64,000 bases of DNA from a bacterium (GTDB taxonomy: Bacteria; SAR324; XYD2-FULL-50-16; G965216635), in NCBI GenBank assembly GCA_965216635.1, contig OZ244188.1:1632001-1696000 (forward strand), written 5' to 3'. The translations under genes were made by a program, and so were the position numbers. Shown piece after piece: positions 7,992 to 18,107 of the stretch (position 1 is the first letter of the stretch; every line of letters starts with the position of its first letter). The notes beneath the pieces were generated by a model. It had not been told where the DNA came from. It saw only the letters and a list, made by a program, of their open reading frames with translations, and did not search any database.

Positions 7992-10394
7992 ATGAGTGAA
8001 AAGTTTAATACAGATCCTATTATTGTAGTTATTGCTACAAGTATGAAAAGGACAAATTTGTTATATGAACGTTCCTTGAAGTCTGTATATCAGCAAGAAA
8101 ATATAAATCCACACCAAATTTATATCGTAGATGATAACGACACAGAGAAACTAAAAAATTCAGATGAATTTGGTAAAATTACAAGAATTGTTGAAACTTT
8201 AAAAAAAGAGCTATTACGACCAAAATTTGTAGAAAAAAAAAAAGAATTTCAAGGTATGAAATTTGATAATTTTTTTCATACAACTGTGATACAAAACATA
8301 AGAACAAAAGGCTATTCAGGCACTGGAGCTTGGAATTCAGCAGCTTTTAAAGCTATGCAGTATTCTGGTAGAAATTATTTTCTTGCGTTCCTTGATGACG
8401 ACGATGAATGGAATAAAAATTACTTAAATACCCTTTATGCAACTGTAAAAAATCCAAAAAAAAAACTCATCAAAGAAAAAATAAAAGATGTTAAAAGCAT
8501 AGCTGTAGTATCAGGTTTTTTGAGAAAAGAAAAAAAAAAGACAGAAGAAATCCAAGCAAACAAAAAAAATTTTACAAAAGAAGAATTTTTTATTAGCAAT
8601 CCAGGGTTGCAAGGAAGCAATCTTTTTATTGGACTAAAAACATTTTGGAAGATTGGTGGGTTTGATGAAAGTTTAAAAAGTGCAACGGATAGAGATTTAG
8701 CAATTAGATTAATTGCATACGCAAAACTGAGACCTTCCAAAAAAATAGAATTTGTTGATAGAATTTTGGTTACACATTACGCTATTTCTGAAGACCGTGT
8801 AACTGCTAATCTAGAGAATAAAAAACAAGGTTTGGATGTTTTTTACCGTAAATATTGGCGTCAATTTCCAAAAGAACTACAGCAAAAATCATTAGCTCGA
8901 GCTAAACTACTATTTAACTATAATCTTGATCCTGAAATAAAAAGTATAGAGAAACCTCCTATCATAATACCTGCTGAAGAAAAAAAGAACGTAGATCCTT
9001 TTAATTTAATTATTGGTACAATTTCAGATAGTGCAAAAAATCTAACAGAATTATTCAAATCATTTTTTTGTCTTCATAAAGAATATGGGGAAATTATCAA
9101 AGACTATAGATTTTTAGTTTTAGAAAACACAAAGAACGAATACGAGATAAGACCAGTAATTCATTATTTTAAAGTTGAAAAAAAACTAAAAATTAAACTT
9201 ATAGAAAATAAATCAGAAAAACTTACTATCGCAAAAAGCAGAACTTTTTTGCAAAAGGAAGTATACAAGAAAGGGGAAAAATTATTTGCTAAAAAATACA
9301 TTTCTTGGATAGTAGATGATGATAATGCATTTCGATATGATACTCCCAATAAACAAGAAAAACCCAACTATTTTAAAATTATTGCAGAACAGTCTAAATG
9401 CAAAATAGACGCGATGTTTGGACTAATTTCGGATGCTCCACCTTTACCGTTTTTGAATACTTTAAGAACGCAACTCCTTGATTTTTATTATAACCTATCT
9501 TATTTTGCAAACTGTGATCCAGAAAAAAAATATGAGTTGTCTAGGTTACAACAAAACAACATCTCAAAAGAAGAATTTTATTACGACCTCTCCAGTAAAA
9601 ATTTTCAGCACCTTGAATACCCAGATTATTGGCAATCAAAAGAAGAAAATAATTCTGAAGCTTTCAAAAAGTTTATTGTAGAAACGGCTTTACTATCCGA
9701 TGGAGTTAATGTTTTTAGAAAAATTACTCACGAACCTGAAACAATTGGAAAAATCACTAGAGATTCTATCTATCGTGGTGGGAATACAATAATTTTCAAC
9801 CCTGAATTACTGAAAACAGAAAACTATACCCAAAAACAAGAATACAATAGAAGAAGTGATTTTAATTGGGCAATTATCAACAAATATATATTTGGAAGAA
9901 AACTCAAAGAAATAATATTGCCCTTGCAACACAACAGAGAATTACAGCGAACATCACTAGTTACCAATAAAGATAAACTAGAGGCAGATATACAAGGATT
10001 GGTTTTTTATAGACTGCTGAAAGAAATTTTAAGCAAAGAAAATTGGCAAGAAAAAAAAGATCATAAAACAGAGTTAAAATTTTATAAAAAAATCAATAAA
10101 GAAACATTTACAAAAATAAAAATTAATACCCATAGAATAATATCGCTAACATACTCAATATTAGCTATTTTAAAGGATGTAAAGTTGTGGTGGTATAAGG
10201 CTAAATACCGAGAAAACATAAACCACCTTATTCAACAGAATATATTTACAATGGATGTATTGCAATTTGAATTAGGCAAGCGAAAACTTCAAATTTTTGT
10301 AGAAGATTTAGAAAAAAAGATAAAAAAAAATGAAACTGATATAAAGAGCATTGTTAAAGAAATAAAAACCATCAAAGACAATCTTTCTTTATAA
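7992..10394 (+). CDS. Large GT2/GT-A glycosyltransferase, probably two GT-A domains
   Basis: YIVDD, FLDDDD, GGFDE..ATDRDL in the N-half; WIVDDD and GGNT in the second half. Confidence 0.75.
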   Translation: MSEKFNTDPIIVVIATSMKRTNLLYERSLKSVYQQENINPHQIYIVDDNDTEKLKNSDEFGKITRIVETLKKELLRPKFVEKKKEFQGMKFDNFFHTTVIQNIRTKGYSGTGAWNSAAFKAMQYSGRNYFLAFLDDDDEWNKNYLNTLYATVKNPKKKLIKEKIKDVKSIAVVSGFLRKEKKKTEEIQANKKNFTKEEFFISNPGLQGSNLFIGLKTFWKIGGFDESLKSATDRDLAIRLIAYAKLRPSKKIEFVDRILVTHYAISEDRVTANLENKKQGLDVFYRKYWRQFPKELQQKSLARAKLLFNYNLDPEIKSIEKPPIIIPAEEKKNVDPFNLIIGTISDSAKNLTELFKSFFCLHKEYGEIIKDYRFLVLENTKNEYEIRPVIHYFKVEKKLKIKLIENKSEKLTIAKSRTFLQKEVYKKGEKLFAKKYISWIVDDDNAFRYDTPNKQEKPNYFKIIAEQSKCKIDAMFGLISDAPPLPFLNTLRTQLLDFYYNLSYFANCDPEKKYELSRLQQNNISKEEFYYDLSSKNFQHLEYPDYWQSKEENNSEAFKKFIVETALLSDGVNVFRKITHEPETIGKITRDSIYRGGNTIIFNPELLKTENYTQKQEYNRRSDFNWAIINKYIFGRKLKEIILPLQHNRELQRTSLVTNKDKLEADIQGLVFYRLLKEILSKENWQEKKDHKTELKFYKKINKETFTKIKINTHRIISLTYSILAILKDVKLWWYKAKYRENINHLIQQNIFTMDVLQFELGKRKLQIFVEDLEKKIKKNETDIKSIVKEIKTIKDNLSL

Positions 10395-10399
10395 TTTTT

Positions 10400-10625
10400 A
10401 TGGGCTGTAGGGAATTGATTTTTTTATAATCTGCGAGAAAGTTATCTATCTTTTTATAATCTGCGAGAAAGTTATCTATCTTTTTTTGTGAGGTGAGGCA
10501 TAATGATAATATGCGAGATTTCATTGGCTAGAGGGAATTGATTTTTTTATAATCTGCGAGAAAGTTATCTATCTTTTTTTGTGAGGTGAGGCATAATGAT
10601 AATATGCGAGATTTCATTGGCTGTG
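10400..10625. repeat. Nested tandem duplications (30-bp and ~90-120-bp units)
   Basis: TTTATAATCTGCGAGAAAGTTATCTATC x3; GTGAGGTGAGGCATAATGATAATATGCGAGATTTCATTGGCT x2. Confidence 0.9.
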
Positions 10626-10668
10626 GCTAGGCTCCACGAGGTTTCTTTTTTTGCTGAATGTTTCCCAC

Positions 10669-10862
10669 TCAATCTTGTAGTAAGCCAATTTTTTCTAATT
10701 CTTTTATCAATCAACTAGCACAAGCAATTCATTGTGGCTAGTGGTAGGTTCATCTTTTCTAGCCAAAATAGTAGCTAAATCTTGCAGATTTTCAAAATAG
10801 GATATTGGCAAAACTACAGATTTTTCATTGCCTTTCTCGTCAGTAATAAATTCAACTTCCAT
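10669..10862 (-). pseudogene. Small antitoxin-like gene frameshifted by a 17-bp insertion, followed by a decayed RelE/ParE-like toxin start
   Basis: MEVEFITDEKGNEKSVVLPISYFENLQDLATILARKDEPTTSHNEL; deleting 10708-10724 gives IKELEKIGLLQD*; overlapping frame reads YKIEW/KHSAKKE with a +1 shift. Confidence 0.55.
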
Positions 10863-10982
10863 TTTTTATAAAAATTATATTTTTTTAATTTCTAAAAGCA
10901 ACAATTCAATCAATTCTAAACAGTCTTCTTAATTGAAATATGATTTTGTGATTTCAATGGTTGCCATTCCTCTTTTTTTAAC

Positions 10983-13900
10983 TCAAAAATATAGTTTTTT
11001 AGTATATGGCCAAAGCTCCTCTGTAAAATCTGTTTTTCTCCAAAGTTCTATCTCCGAATTTTTATCTTTTATTATTTTTTCTATCCACTCTTTATGTTCC
11101 AATAATTCTGTTGAATCGCATAAAGATACAATTTTTTCATAAAAATCTACTTTTTCTTGCAATAAAGGCTCTTTGCTACCTGAAAATACTTCTGCTTTTA
11201 ATGTAGGTAAAAATCTTAAATTTTCAAAGTCATCAAAATTTTTATTGAGCTCTAAAAATTTTTTGTAAAAATTTATTCTACGCTCAGACTTAAATTCTGC
11301 AATAACAGAAAAAAGCAAAATCATAAAATCTTTATCAGTATTTTTTTTGCTAATTTCAGACAAAAGGAATTTATCTTGTCTTGTTAGTATTGTCTTATCA
11401 GTCTGAGATTCACGTGGATTAAAAAACACTGTATAGTAGGCAGAAGGGAGAGTTTTTTCTTTGTATTGAAAAACAACTTTTGTTATTCGCTGCATAATAT
11501 TTAGATAATCTTTATGCAACCAAAAAGCTGAGTAGTTATGACTATCATCAGGGTAACTTATAAAATTTTTTTGAGAAAATTTGTTTGCTAAATATCGGTC
11601 TATAAAATTTGGATTACTGTCTGAAAGTTTTGAAAGAATTTTGACATCATAATCCGTATTTTGACCAATTCTATCAACTGCTAGATAAGCGTCTTCAAGT
11701 AATTTAGAATTAGCAGGAAACTCAGAAAATAACTTTTTATTTATTTCTGTAAAAGAATTAAAAACATTAGTTATTATATTAGCAAATCTTGGATCAACTT
11801 TTGCCCTCTCCACAATTTTTTGTATAACTTCAACAGTGACTCCTTTTTGGACAGCGTCATAGTTTAAAAGAAAATCTAAAAAAGAATCTAAGTATTCATA
11901 GTCTAAAATTTTATAACGTTTTAACAGAGCCTTTATTTGTTTTTGTTGAATATCATCTTTAGGAAGGCACTGGTAATAGTTAAAAATCCAATGTTTTTTT
12001 CTAGGAAAATTTGCGGTAGTGATAATATTTAGCGTTTCTTTTGCTCCGCAAGAAGCAATAAGGTTGTGTATTGTAGAACTCGCATTGAGTTCTAAATTTT
12101 TTTTTTTCAGATGATTTTTGATAACTTCACAAAATAATTTTTTGTCTCTTTTTGCTAGGGCTTCTAATACGATTAGAATACCATTATTGATCTGCTTTTT
12201 TGAGTTATCATAAATTTTTTGTAAATTAAAAAATTTATTGAATAATTCTTCATAATTTTTTTTAGAGTAAGATTTTGTTAAATCTGCTATTTTGTTATTT
12301 TTGTATTTTTTAAACCCATCGTAGTCTAATCCTAATTTGTTTTGTAGTGTGTAATTATTTCCCCAATTTTCATATAGCTCATAAGTTTTAGAATAAAATT
12401 GTTTTTTTAATTTTTCTTCAATTGGAATATCAAAACGCTCTAAGAAATGCAAATATTCTTGCACAATAACACAGTGATAAAAATTGGTAGAGTCTAGATT
12501 TTTTTTGAAAAAGTCTAATATAAATTTAGAGTCTTTTTTAGCAATATTGCTAGATAGCTTGTGTGCATTGAATGAAGAATAGCATAGTAATAATTTAAGA
12601 ATGTGATTTTGAAAATATTTGATTTTATAAAAACTAAAAATGTTAGTCAAAATTTTCTCTCTCAGATCAAATAGTTGATTTGTTTCTTGTAGATTAAATC
12701 TTCTGAGAGTTGTTGTCCTATCTCTTTCAGAAATAGGGTCAAAACTTTCAAAATGAGTCTGTAAATAATACTCTGCTAAGGCAATGAATATTCTTGTGAA
12801 ATATTTATTTTTTCCAGCTTTACAAAATTCTAGTATTTTATCAATTACAGTATTTTCTACTACATAATTCCACCTAATAGATTCGGGTATAAAACCGTAA
12901 TTATCAGTCAAACAAGCTAAAATATGAGGTGTTTTAGAAGGTTGTTTTTTAGCGTATTGGAAAAAAAGATCCAAAGAGATTTTAAGTCTATCTTCATTTA
13001 ATCTTTTAAAAGAGGGAAGAATAGTAATAAAATTATGCAAATTTAAATTAGGATTATTCTCATAAAAATCAACTCCAGAATCTTTTTTGAACGAAACTTT
13101 ATCTATATTCAGTTTGTCGTTTGCAAGGGTGTCAATTTTTTTTTTTATAAAATTTAAGCTTTCTGTGGGTTTAGCTAAACAAAACATCTGCAATAATTGA
13201 AAAAATACTTCTTCATCTTTTTCTTGCATTTTTTCCCATACCTCATCAACAGCTGGTTGGATTACTGTTTTTATTTTAATGGTATTAAAAATATCCATTA
13301 TGGGCTTGATGGCATCAACAAGATGGCTCTTAAAACATGGAAAAAAATCGCTAGTTAGAAGGGAAGAAAAATCAAGTTGTTTTTCTTTGAAAAATACAAG
13401 ATAAAAAAGATAGGTGGCTAAAACTTGGTCGGATATTTTTACAATCTCATTTCCATACATATCAAAAATTTCTTTGTTATGTAGTTCTCTAGCTGTCCTC
13501 CAAAAATCTTCTGTAGCAATACCAAATATATCTTTTATAATTTGCATTACATCATTATTGTTCTTATCAACACTACGAAAAAAAACCACAATTCCAGCTA
13601 CTTTTAAAACATTTTCTTTATCTAGTTCAATAAGATCCATTTTAATAGATTCAAAATATTTTTCGTATAGCTCCGAAACATCATTGATACTATTAAGTTG
13701 GTTTTTTTCTTCAGCAACCTTTGCAGCCATTACAGCTATGCGCAAATTTCCTTTTGCGATTTTTTTTATTCTCTCCAAATAAAAATAATTAGTAATTTCA
13801 AATTCTTTCTTTATAAATTCCTGAATTTCTGTATCTGTTAACCGAGCTAATTCTATTTTAGCAAAATCCTCAAAGTCTTGGCATTTTCTGCTAATTTGAT

Positions 13901-14798
13901 TTAGTGCATAATCTCTAACTGTCACAATAATTTTAAAATTTTGGTCACTCCGCTTTTCTTGTAATAGTTGTAAAATAAATTGAAATCCACTGATACGGTT
14001 GGCGTCGTCAACAAAAATTAGATAATCTTTAGAATCTGAAAAATATCTCTTTATATCTTCATATAAACCAACATCTTTATTATAAATACAATAGGGTTTG
14101 TAGGATAAATTTTTTTCTATAAATTCTCTATAGCATTCAATCGCAATTCTTGTTTTTCCCACTCCAGCCTGTCCTGAAATAAGCACTAAATTTTTTTCTT
14201 GTATAGCTTGTATTATTTTTTTCTTTTCATCTTCTCTAAAATGGAAAGTAGTATTTAAGGTTGTAGAGATTCTTTTTTTTTCATTTAGCTCGATGAACCT
14301 ATCTAGTGAAATAATCTGTCCTGTATCTATTTCTATATTAAGATAATCTTTGGTAATGTCTGGGTATCTCTTATACAAATCCAAGGAGATAGCAGACAAA
14401 CCAAAAGATTTAAAATTCACTCCTACAGAACTACATTTTTCACTTAATTGATTTATTTCTCTAGCAGACAAGTCAGAATTATAACATAATACAATTTCTT
14501 CTATTTTTTTAATGGGTATACCTGTTTTAGATTCGTCCAAACATTTAGCTATATCCCCACTGAGTTTTTGAAAAACATTTTTTTCTTGAGCTGTATATTC
14601 TGCAAGAACATATTTCTTATTTGAGTGTTCAAAAAGTGCATCGGGAGTTCCTTTTCTAGTTTTATTGCTTCCAGCAACAGAACCTATAGCAGTTATTAAT
14701 TTATATTCTTTTTTTGCCAAGTAAGAATTGGCTAATTTTTCAAACTCACCGCTTCCTAATTCAAGTAACTTATTTGCAATTTGATTGATTTTTGACAT
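10983..14798 (-). CDS. STAND-type NTPase with N-terminal restriction-endonuclease-like domain (Avs/nSTAND-like defence protein)
   Basis: N-terminal FEKL...GTPDA...AEYT (PD-(D/E)xK-like), Walker A GQAGVGKT, Walker B LIFVDD, long helical C-terminus. Confidence 0.75.
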   Translation of the reverse strand: MSKINQIANKLLELGSGEFEKLANSYLAKKEYKLITAIGSVAGSNKTRKGTPDALFEHSNKKYVLAEYTAQEKNVFQKLSGDIAKCLDESKTGIPIKKIEEIVLCYNSDLSAREINQLSEKCSSVGVNFKSFGLSAISLDLYKRYPDITKDYLNIEIDTGQIISLDRFIELNEKKRISTTLNTTFHFREDEKKKIIQAIQEKNLVLISGQAGVGKTRIAIECYREFIEKNLSYKPYCIYNKDVGLYEDIKRYFSDSKDYLIFVDDANRISGFQFILQLLQEKRSDQNFKIIVTVRDYALNQISRKCQDFEDFAKIELARLTDTEIQEFIKKEFEITNYFYLERIKKIAKGNLRIAVMAAKVAEEKNQLNSINDVSELYEKYFESIKMDLIELDKENVLKVAGIVVFFRSVDKNNNDVMQIIKDIFGIATEDFWRTARELHNKEIFDMYGNEIVKISDQVLATYLFYLVFFKEKQLDFSSLLTSDFFPCFKSHLVDAIKPIMDIFNTIKIKTVIQPAVDEVWEKMQEKDEEVFFQLLQMFCLAKPTESLNFIKKKIDTLANDKLNIDKVSFKKDSGVDFYENNPNLNLHNFITILPSFKRLNEDRLKISLDLFFQYAKKQPSKTPHILACLTDNYGFIPESIRWNYVVENTVIDKILEFCKAGKNKYFTRIFIALAEYYLQTHFESFDPISERDRTTTLRRFNLQETNQLFDLREKILTNIFSFYKIKYFQNHILKLLLCYSSFNAHKLSSNIAKKDSKFILDFFKKNLDSTNFYHCVIVQEYLHFLERFDIPIEEKLKKQFYSKTYELYENWGNNYTLQNKLGLDYDGFKKYKNNKIADLTKSYSKKNYEELFNKFFNLQKIYDNSKKQINNGILIVLEALAKRDKKLFCEVIKNHLKKKNLELNASSTIHNLIASCGAKETLNIITTANFPRKKHWIFNYYQCLPKDDIQQKQIKALLKRYKILDYEYLDSFLDFLLNYDAVQKGVTVEVIQKIVERAKVDPRFANIITNVFNSFTEINKKLFSEFPANSKLLEDAYLAVDRIGQNTDYDVKILSKLSDSNPNFIDRYLANKFSQKNFISYPDDSHNYSAFWLHKDYLNIMQRITKVVFQYKEKTLPSAYYTVFFNPRESQTDKTILTRQDKFLLSEISKKNTDKDFMILLFSVIAEFKSERRINFYKKFLELNKNFDDFENLRFLPTLKAEVFSGSKEPLLQEKVDFYEKIVSLCDSTELLEHKEWIEKIIKDKNSEIELWRKTDFTEELWPYTKKLYF

Positions 14799-14801
14799 AA
14801 T

Positions 14802-17651
14802 TTATTTTTTGGTGAGGTTTTGCATTCCGATGGTGTAGGTGTGGTATAGCCCGAATAGGAATTCTATGCGCTCTCTTTCGTTGGCGAATTTTTTCTTGGA
14901 ATAGCAAGAATCCACAGCTCTATCTAGTGAGTTATGGGCTTTGACTAATTTTGCGGGCATTGTGTTCGGGTCGTATATATCGGCTAGCGAGTTGTCGGGA
15001 AATTCTTTGCGAGCGTCTAGCACTGCTTGGGCTAGCTGTTTGATTTTTTCTTTTTTGGCGTCGCTGACTTCTTGGGGAAAAGGGAAATTGTTATAGACAA
15101 TTTTATTGGAATATCTGTAACGACTTTCCAATCTACCGCAGGTGTATTTCATCCAGACCATGTGCATTTCGCTAGTGATGATTCCAAAATGATAGAGGGT
15201 AGCGTTGGACACAATAGAGCAACTGTTATTAGCTATATAATTTTTTGAAAAAAGACTTATAGGAACATACTTTCTCCTTTCTGATGAGACAAGTGGAATG
15301 AGTAAAAAGCTGGAATTGGGCTGTCTAATTTCTCCAAATAGTGCGGGGTATTGTGCTAGTTCTTGTGTGGTTTTTCTGTTGCTAGCCAATCTATATTTTT
15401 TTACTGCTTCTATTCTTTGCAAAACCAAAGGCATAGTTTTTAATTCTTTGGGGTCTGCTTCCAGCAACCAGAGACACCATCTTTTTTCTGCGTTGAGATA
15501 TTCTCTGCTACTCAATAAAGGTCTAAAATAATTTTTGGCTTGCGGCTCTTTTTTTACAAATTCCTTTTTTTCTTTGTCTGTAAATAAAAAATTTCCGTTA
15601 TCGTTGGGCATACTCCCAAATTTAATTTCAGGAATATTGGAAATGGGTTTGCTTCTTTTGGTGATGAGAATGTTTTTGCCTTCCAAAAGATAGGGGTTGA
15701 TATTTTTTACAGCTATCTCGTAGGGTTCGCCTTTGGGGTCTTCGTAGTCAAAGAGTCTTTTTTGTGTGGCGTCAAAAATAGCAAATCCTATAATGACTAC
15801 ATGCACATTAGCCTTGCCAGCGGCTTCGCTATCCCAAGCAAAAGTGCGGTGGGCAAAACCGATTTTGATTTTGTATTTGTGCAGCAATTCGTGCCACAAG
15901 ATAGCTGTCTGCTCGCCTTGAGAAATGGAATTGGTAGAAACAAAACCGACTTTGATTTTTGTATTTTGAATGTAAGCTGCTGCTTTGAAATACCAAGCGG
16001 TGACATAATCCAAAACTCCAGCTCCCTTAATAGATTGACAAATCAAATCCATATCTGCATTTTGCTCTTTTGTGATAAAAGCTTTTCCAATAAAAGGCGG
16101 ATTGCCTAAAATATAAGAAAGTTGCTCGGGCGGGATAATGGATTTCCAACAGAGTTGCAGGGCGTTTCCTTTGATGATTTCTGCTTTTTTTTTGAGTGGA
16201 ATGCGGGCGAAGTATCCGCCAAAGGTTTTGGATAATTCTAGGTTCATAAGGTGATCCATTAGCCAAAGTCCTACCGTTGCAATTTCTGCGGGGTATTCTT
16301 CAATCTCTATTCCGTAAAAATTATCTACATCAATTTTAGAAAATCCAGCTATATCTAGTTGTCTAGTATTTTTGTTGGAGTTTTGAATTCTTAAAACTTC
16401 AATCTCTAGTTTTCTGATTTCTCTATAGGCTATAATCAAAAAATTACCGCAACCACAAGCAGGGTCTAAAAATTTTAGGCGGGCTAGTTTTAAATGAAAT
16501 TCTGCTAGTTTTCGGGGGTTATTTTTTACTTTTTTAAATTCTTCTTTCAACTCATCTAAAAATAGCGGGTCAATGGTTTTTAAGATGTTTTTTTCGCTGG
16601 TGTAGTGCTCTCCTAAACTGCGTCTTTTTATTTTATCTGCTACCGATTGAAAAAGTGAGCCAAAAATAGCGGGGGAGATTTTGCTCCAATCAAAATTGCA
16701 ACATTTCAATAGAGCAGAGCGCATACGGCTATTGAAAGCGGGAGTATTCATTTTTTTTTCAAATAACTCTCCATTGACATAGGGGAAATTAGCAATTTGC
16801 TCGTCTAGGTTGGTTTGTCTTTTGTTCTCTTCTTTGTTGAGTATTTCAAAAAGGTGTTGCAGCTGCGAGCCTAAATCAGAGCCGTCTTCTTGGGTTTTTT
16901 CTTCAATGAAAATTTTAAATTCGTCTCTACTAAAAATTTCAGTATTTTCTGCAAACAGACAAAAAAGAATCCGCACCAATAAAATATCTAGGTCTTTTTT
17001 TTGATAATTAGCCTCTGTCATTTCGTCGTAAAGTTCTCCCATCAATTCAGCGGCTTCTATGTTGACGGGGTCTTGGTCTTGGTATTCTCTTTCTTTATAG
17101 CCTGCTATAAAACCAAAAAGTTTTATATTTTTGGAAAAATCTTTAAGTTTGAACTTGTGTGTTCTGTCTTTTTCTGGGTTGGCTTTTTCTGGGTTGGCTT
17201 TTTCTGGGCTGGCTTTTTCTGGGTTGGCTTTTTCTGGGCTGTCTTTGTCTGAGTTGGCTTTGTCTGGGCTGTCTTTTTCTGGGTTGGCTTTTTCTAGGTC
17301 GTAAAGGTGTAGGTTTTCAAAATCGGAAATTAAAATGTAGCGAGGGTGTTCTTCTGGTTTTAAGGTTTGGCAATAGTCTAAGGCTTGGGCGTAGGCTTTT
17401 TCTAGGTCTTTCCCGCGAGACTTATGTTCTGCTAAAAGCACTCCTTTCCACAATAAATCTATACTGCCTGTGGTGTTTTTGAGTGTTTTAGCTGTTTTTT
17501 CAAAAGTAGCTACTCTTCTGCGGGATACACCGAAAATAGCAAAAAGTTCGTTATAAAAAGATTGAGCCTCTGAGCGTTCTTTTTCTGCATCCTTCCATTC
17601 ATTTTGAAAACGAAAGGCTCTGTCTCTGATTTCATTCCAAGATAATGGCAT
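14802..17651 (-). CDS. MmeI-like Type IIL restriction-modification enzyme
   Basis: N-terminal IDLLWKGVLLAEHKS; FPYVNGELF, IFGSLFQ, GEHYTS, DPACGCGNF, GNPPF, YRYS...YNNFPFP. Confidence 0.92.
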   Translation of the reverse strand: MPLSWNEIRDRAFRFQNEWKDAEKERSEAQSFYNELFAIFGVSRRRVATFEKTAKTLKNTTGSIDLLWKGVLLAEHKSRGKDLEKAYAQALDYCQTLKPEEHPRYILISDFENLHLYDLEKANPEKDSPDKANSDKDSPEKANPEKASPEKANPEKANPEKDRTHKFKLKDFSKNIKLFGFIAGYKEREYQDQDPVNIEAAELMGELYDEMTEANYQKKDLDILLVRILFCLFAENTEIFSRDEFKIFIEEKTQEDGSDLGSQLQHLFEILNKEENKRQTNLDEQIANFPYVNGELFEKKMNTPAFNSRMRSALLKCCNFDWSKISPAIFGSLFQSVADKIKRRSLGEHYTSEKNILKTIDPLFLDELKEEFKKVKNNPRKLAEFHLKLARLKFLDPACGCGNFLIIAYREIRKLEIEVLRIQNSNKNTRQLDIAGFSKIDVDNFYGIEIEEYPAEIATVGLWLMDHLMNLELSKTFGGYFARIPLKKKAEIIKGNALQLCWKSIIPPEQLSYILGNPPFIGKAFITKEQNADMDLICQSIKGAGVLDYVTAWYFKAAAYIQNTKIKVGFVSTNSISQGEQTAILWHELLHKYKIKIGFAHRTFAWDSEAAGKANVHVVIIGFAIFDATQKRLFDYEDPKGEPYEIAVKNINPYLLEGKNILITKRSKPISNIPEIKFGSMPNDNGNFLFTDKEKKEFVKKEPQAKNYFRPLLSSREYLNAEKRWCLWLLEADPKELKTMPLVLQRIEAVKKYRLASNRKTTQELAQYPALFGEIRQPNSSFLLIPLVSSERRKYVPISLFSKNYIANNSCSIVSNATLYHFGIITSEMHMVWMKYTCGRLESRYRYSNKIVYNNFPFPQEVSDAKKEKIKQLAQAVLDARKEFPDNSLADIYDPNTMPAKLVKAHNSLDRAVDSCYSKKKFANERERIEFLFGLYHTYTIGMQNLTKK

Positions 17652-17693
17652 TGTTTTAACTTAAAAACGATTTGTCTTTAATTTAAAGGCAAA

Positions 17694-18080
17694 CTAAAGT
17701 TTTCCAACTTCTTCTAAAACTTTTCTAGCGATTCTGAAACACTCTACTCCTGAGGGCACTCCGCAATAAATGGCAATCGTGTGAATAATGGCTTTTATTT
17801 CTTCTTTGCTGACGCCATTGTTTAATGCACCTTTTAAGTGCAGTTCCCATTCGTGCATTTTTCCAAGTGCTGCAATCATCGTAAGGTTCATCATAGAACG
17901 GGTTTTCACATCAATCGTTTCATCTCCCCAACCAAAACCCCAGCACCACTGAGTCATTTGCTCTTGAAAATCCAGATTAAAATCGTCCGCTTTTTCCAAA
18001 TTTTTATTTACATATTCCTCGCCTAAAGTAGCTTTGCGTTTTGCTAGCCCTAGTTTAAATAGTTCTTTATCCATAGTCAT
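17694..18080 (-). CDS. Carboxymuconolactone decarboxylase (CMD/AhpD) family protein
   Basis: KTRSM...ALG..HE..LH.KGALNNGVSKEEI...AIYCGVP. Confidence 0.9.
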   Translation of the reverse strand: MTMDKELFKLGLAKRKATLGEEYVNKNLEKADDFNLDFQEQMTQWCWGFGWGDETIDVKTRSMMNLTMIAALGKMHEWELHLKGALNNGVSKEEIKAIIHTIAIYCGVPSGVECFRIARKVLEEVGKL

Positions 18081-18107
18081 GTTATTGTTTTTATTAAAAA
18101 GTCCAAA

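Noticed and set aside
17001..17482. Repetitive hydrophobic ORFs (WVGFF/GWLFL), also 3560..3815
   Set aside because: Alternate-frame or antisense readings of the PEKAx minisatellites
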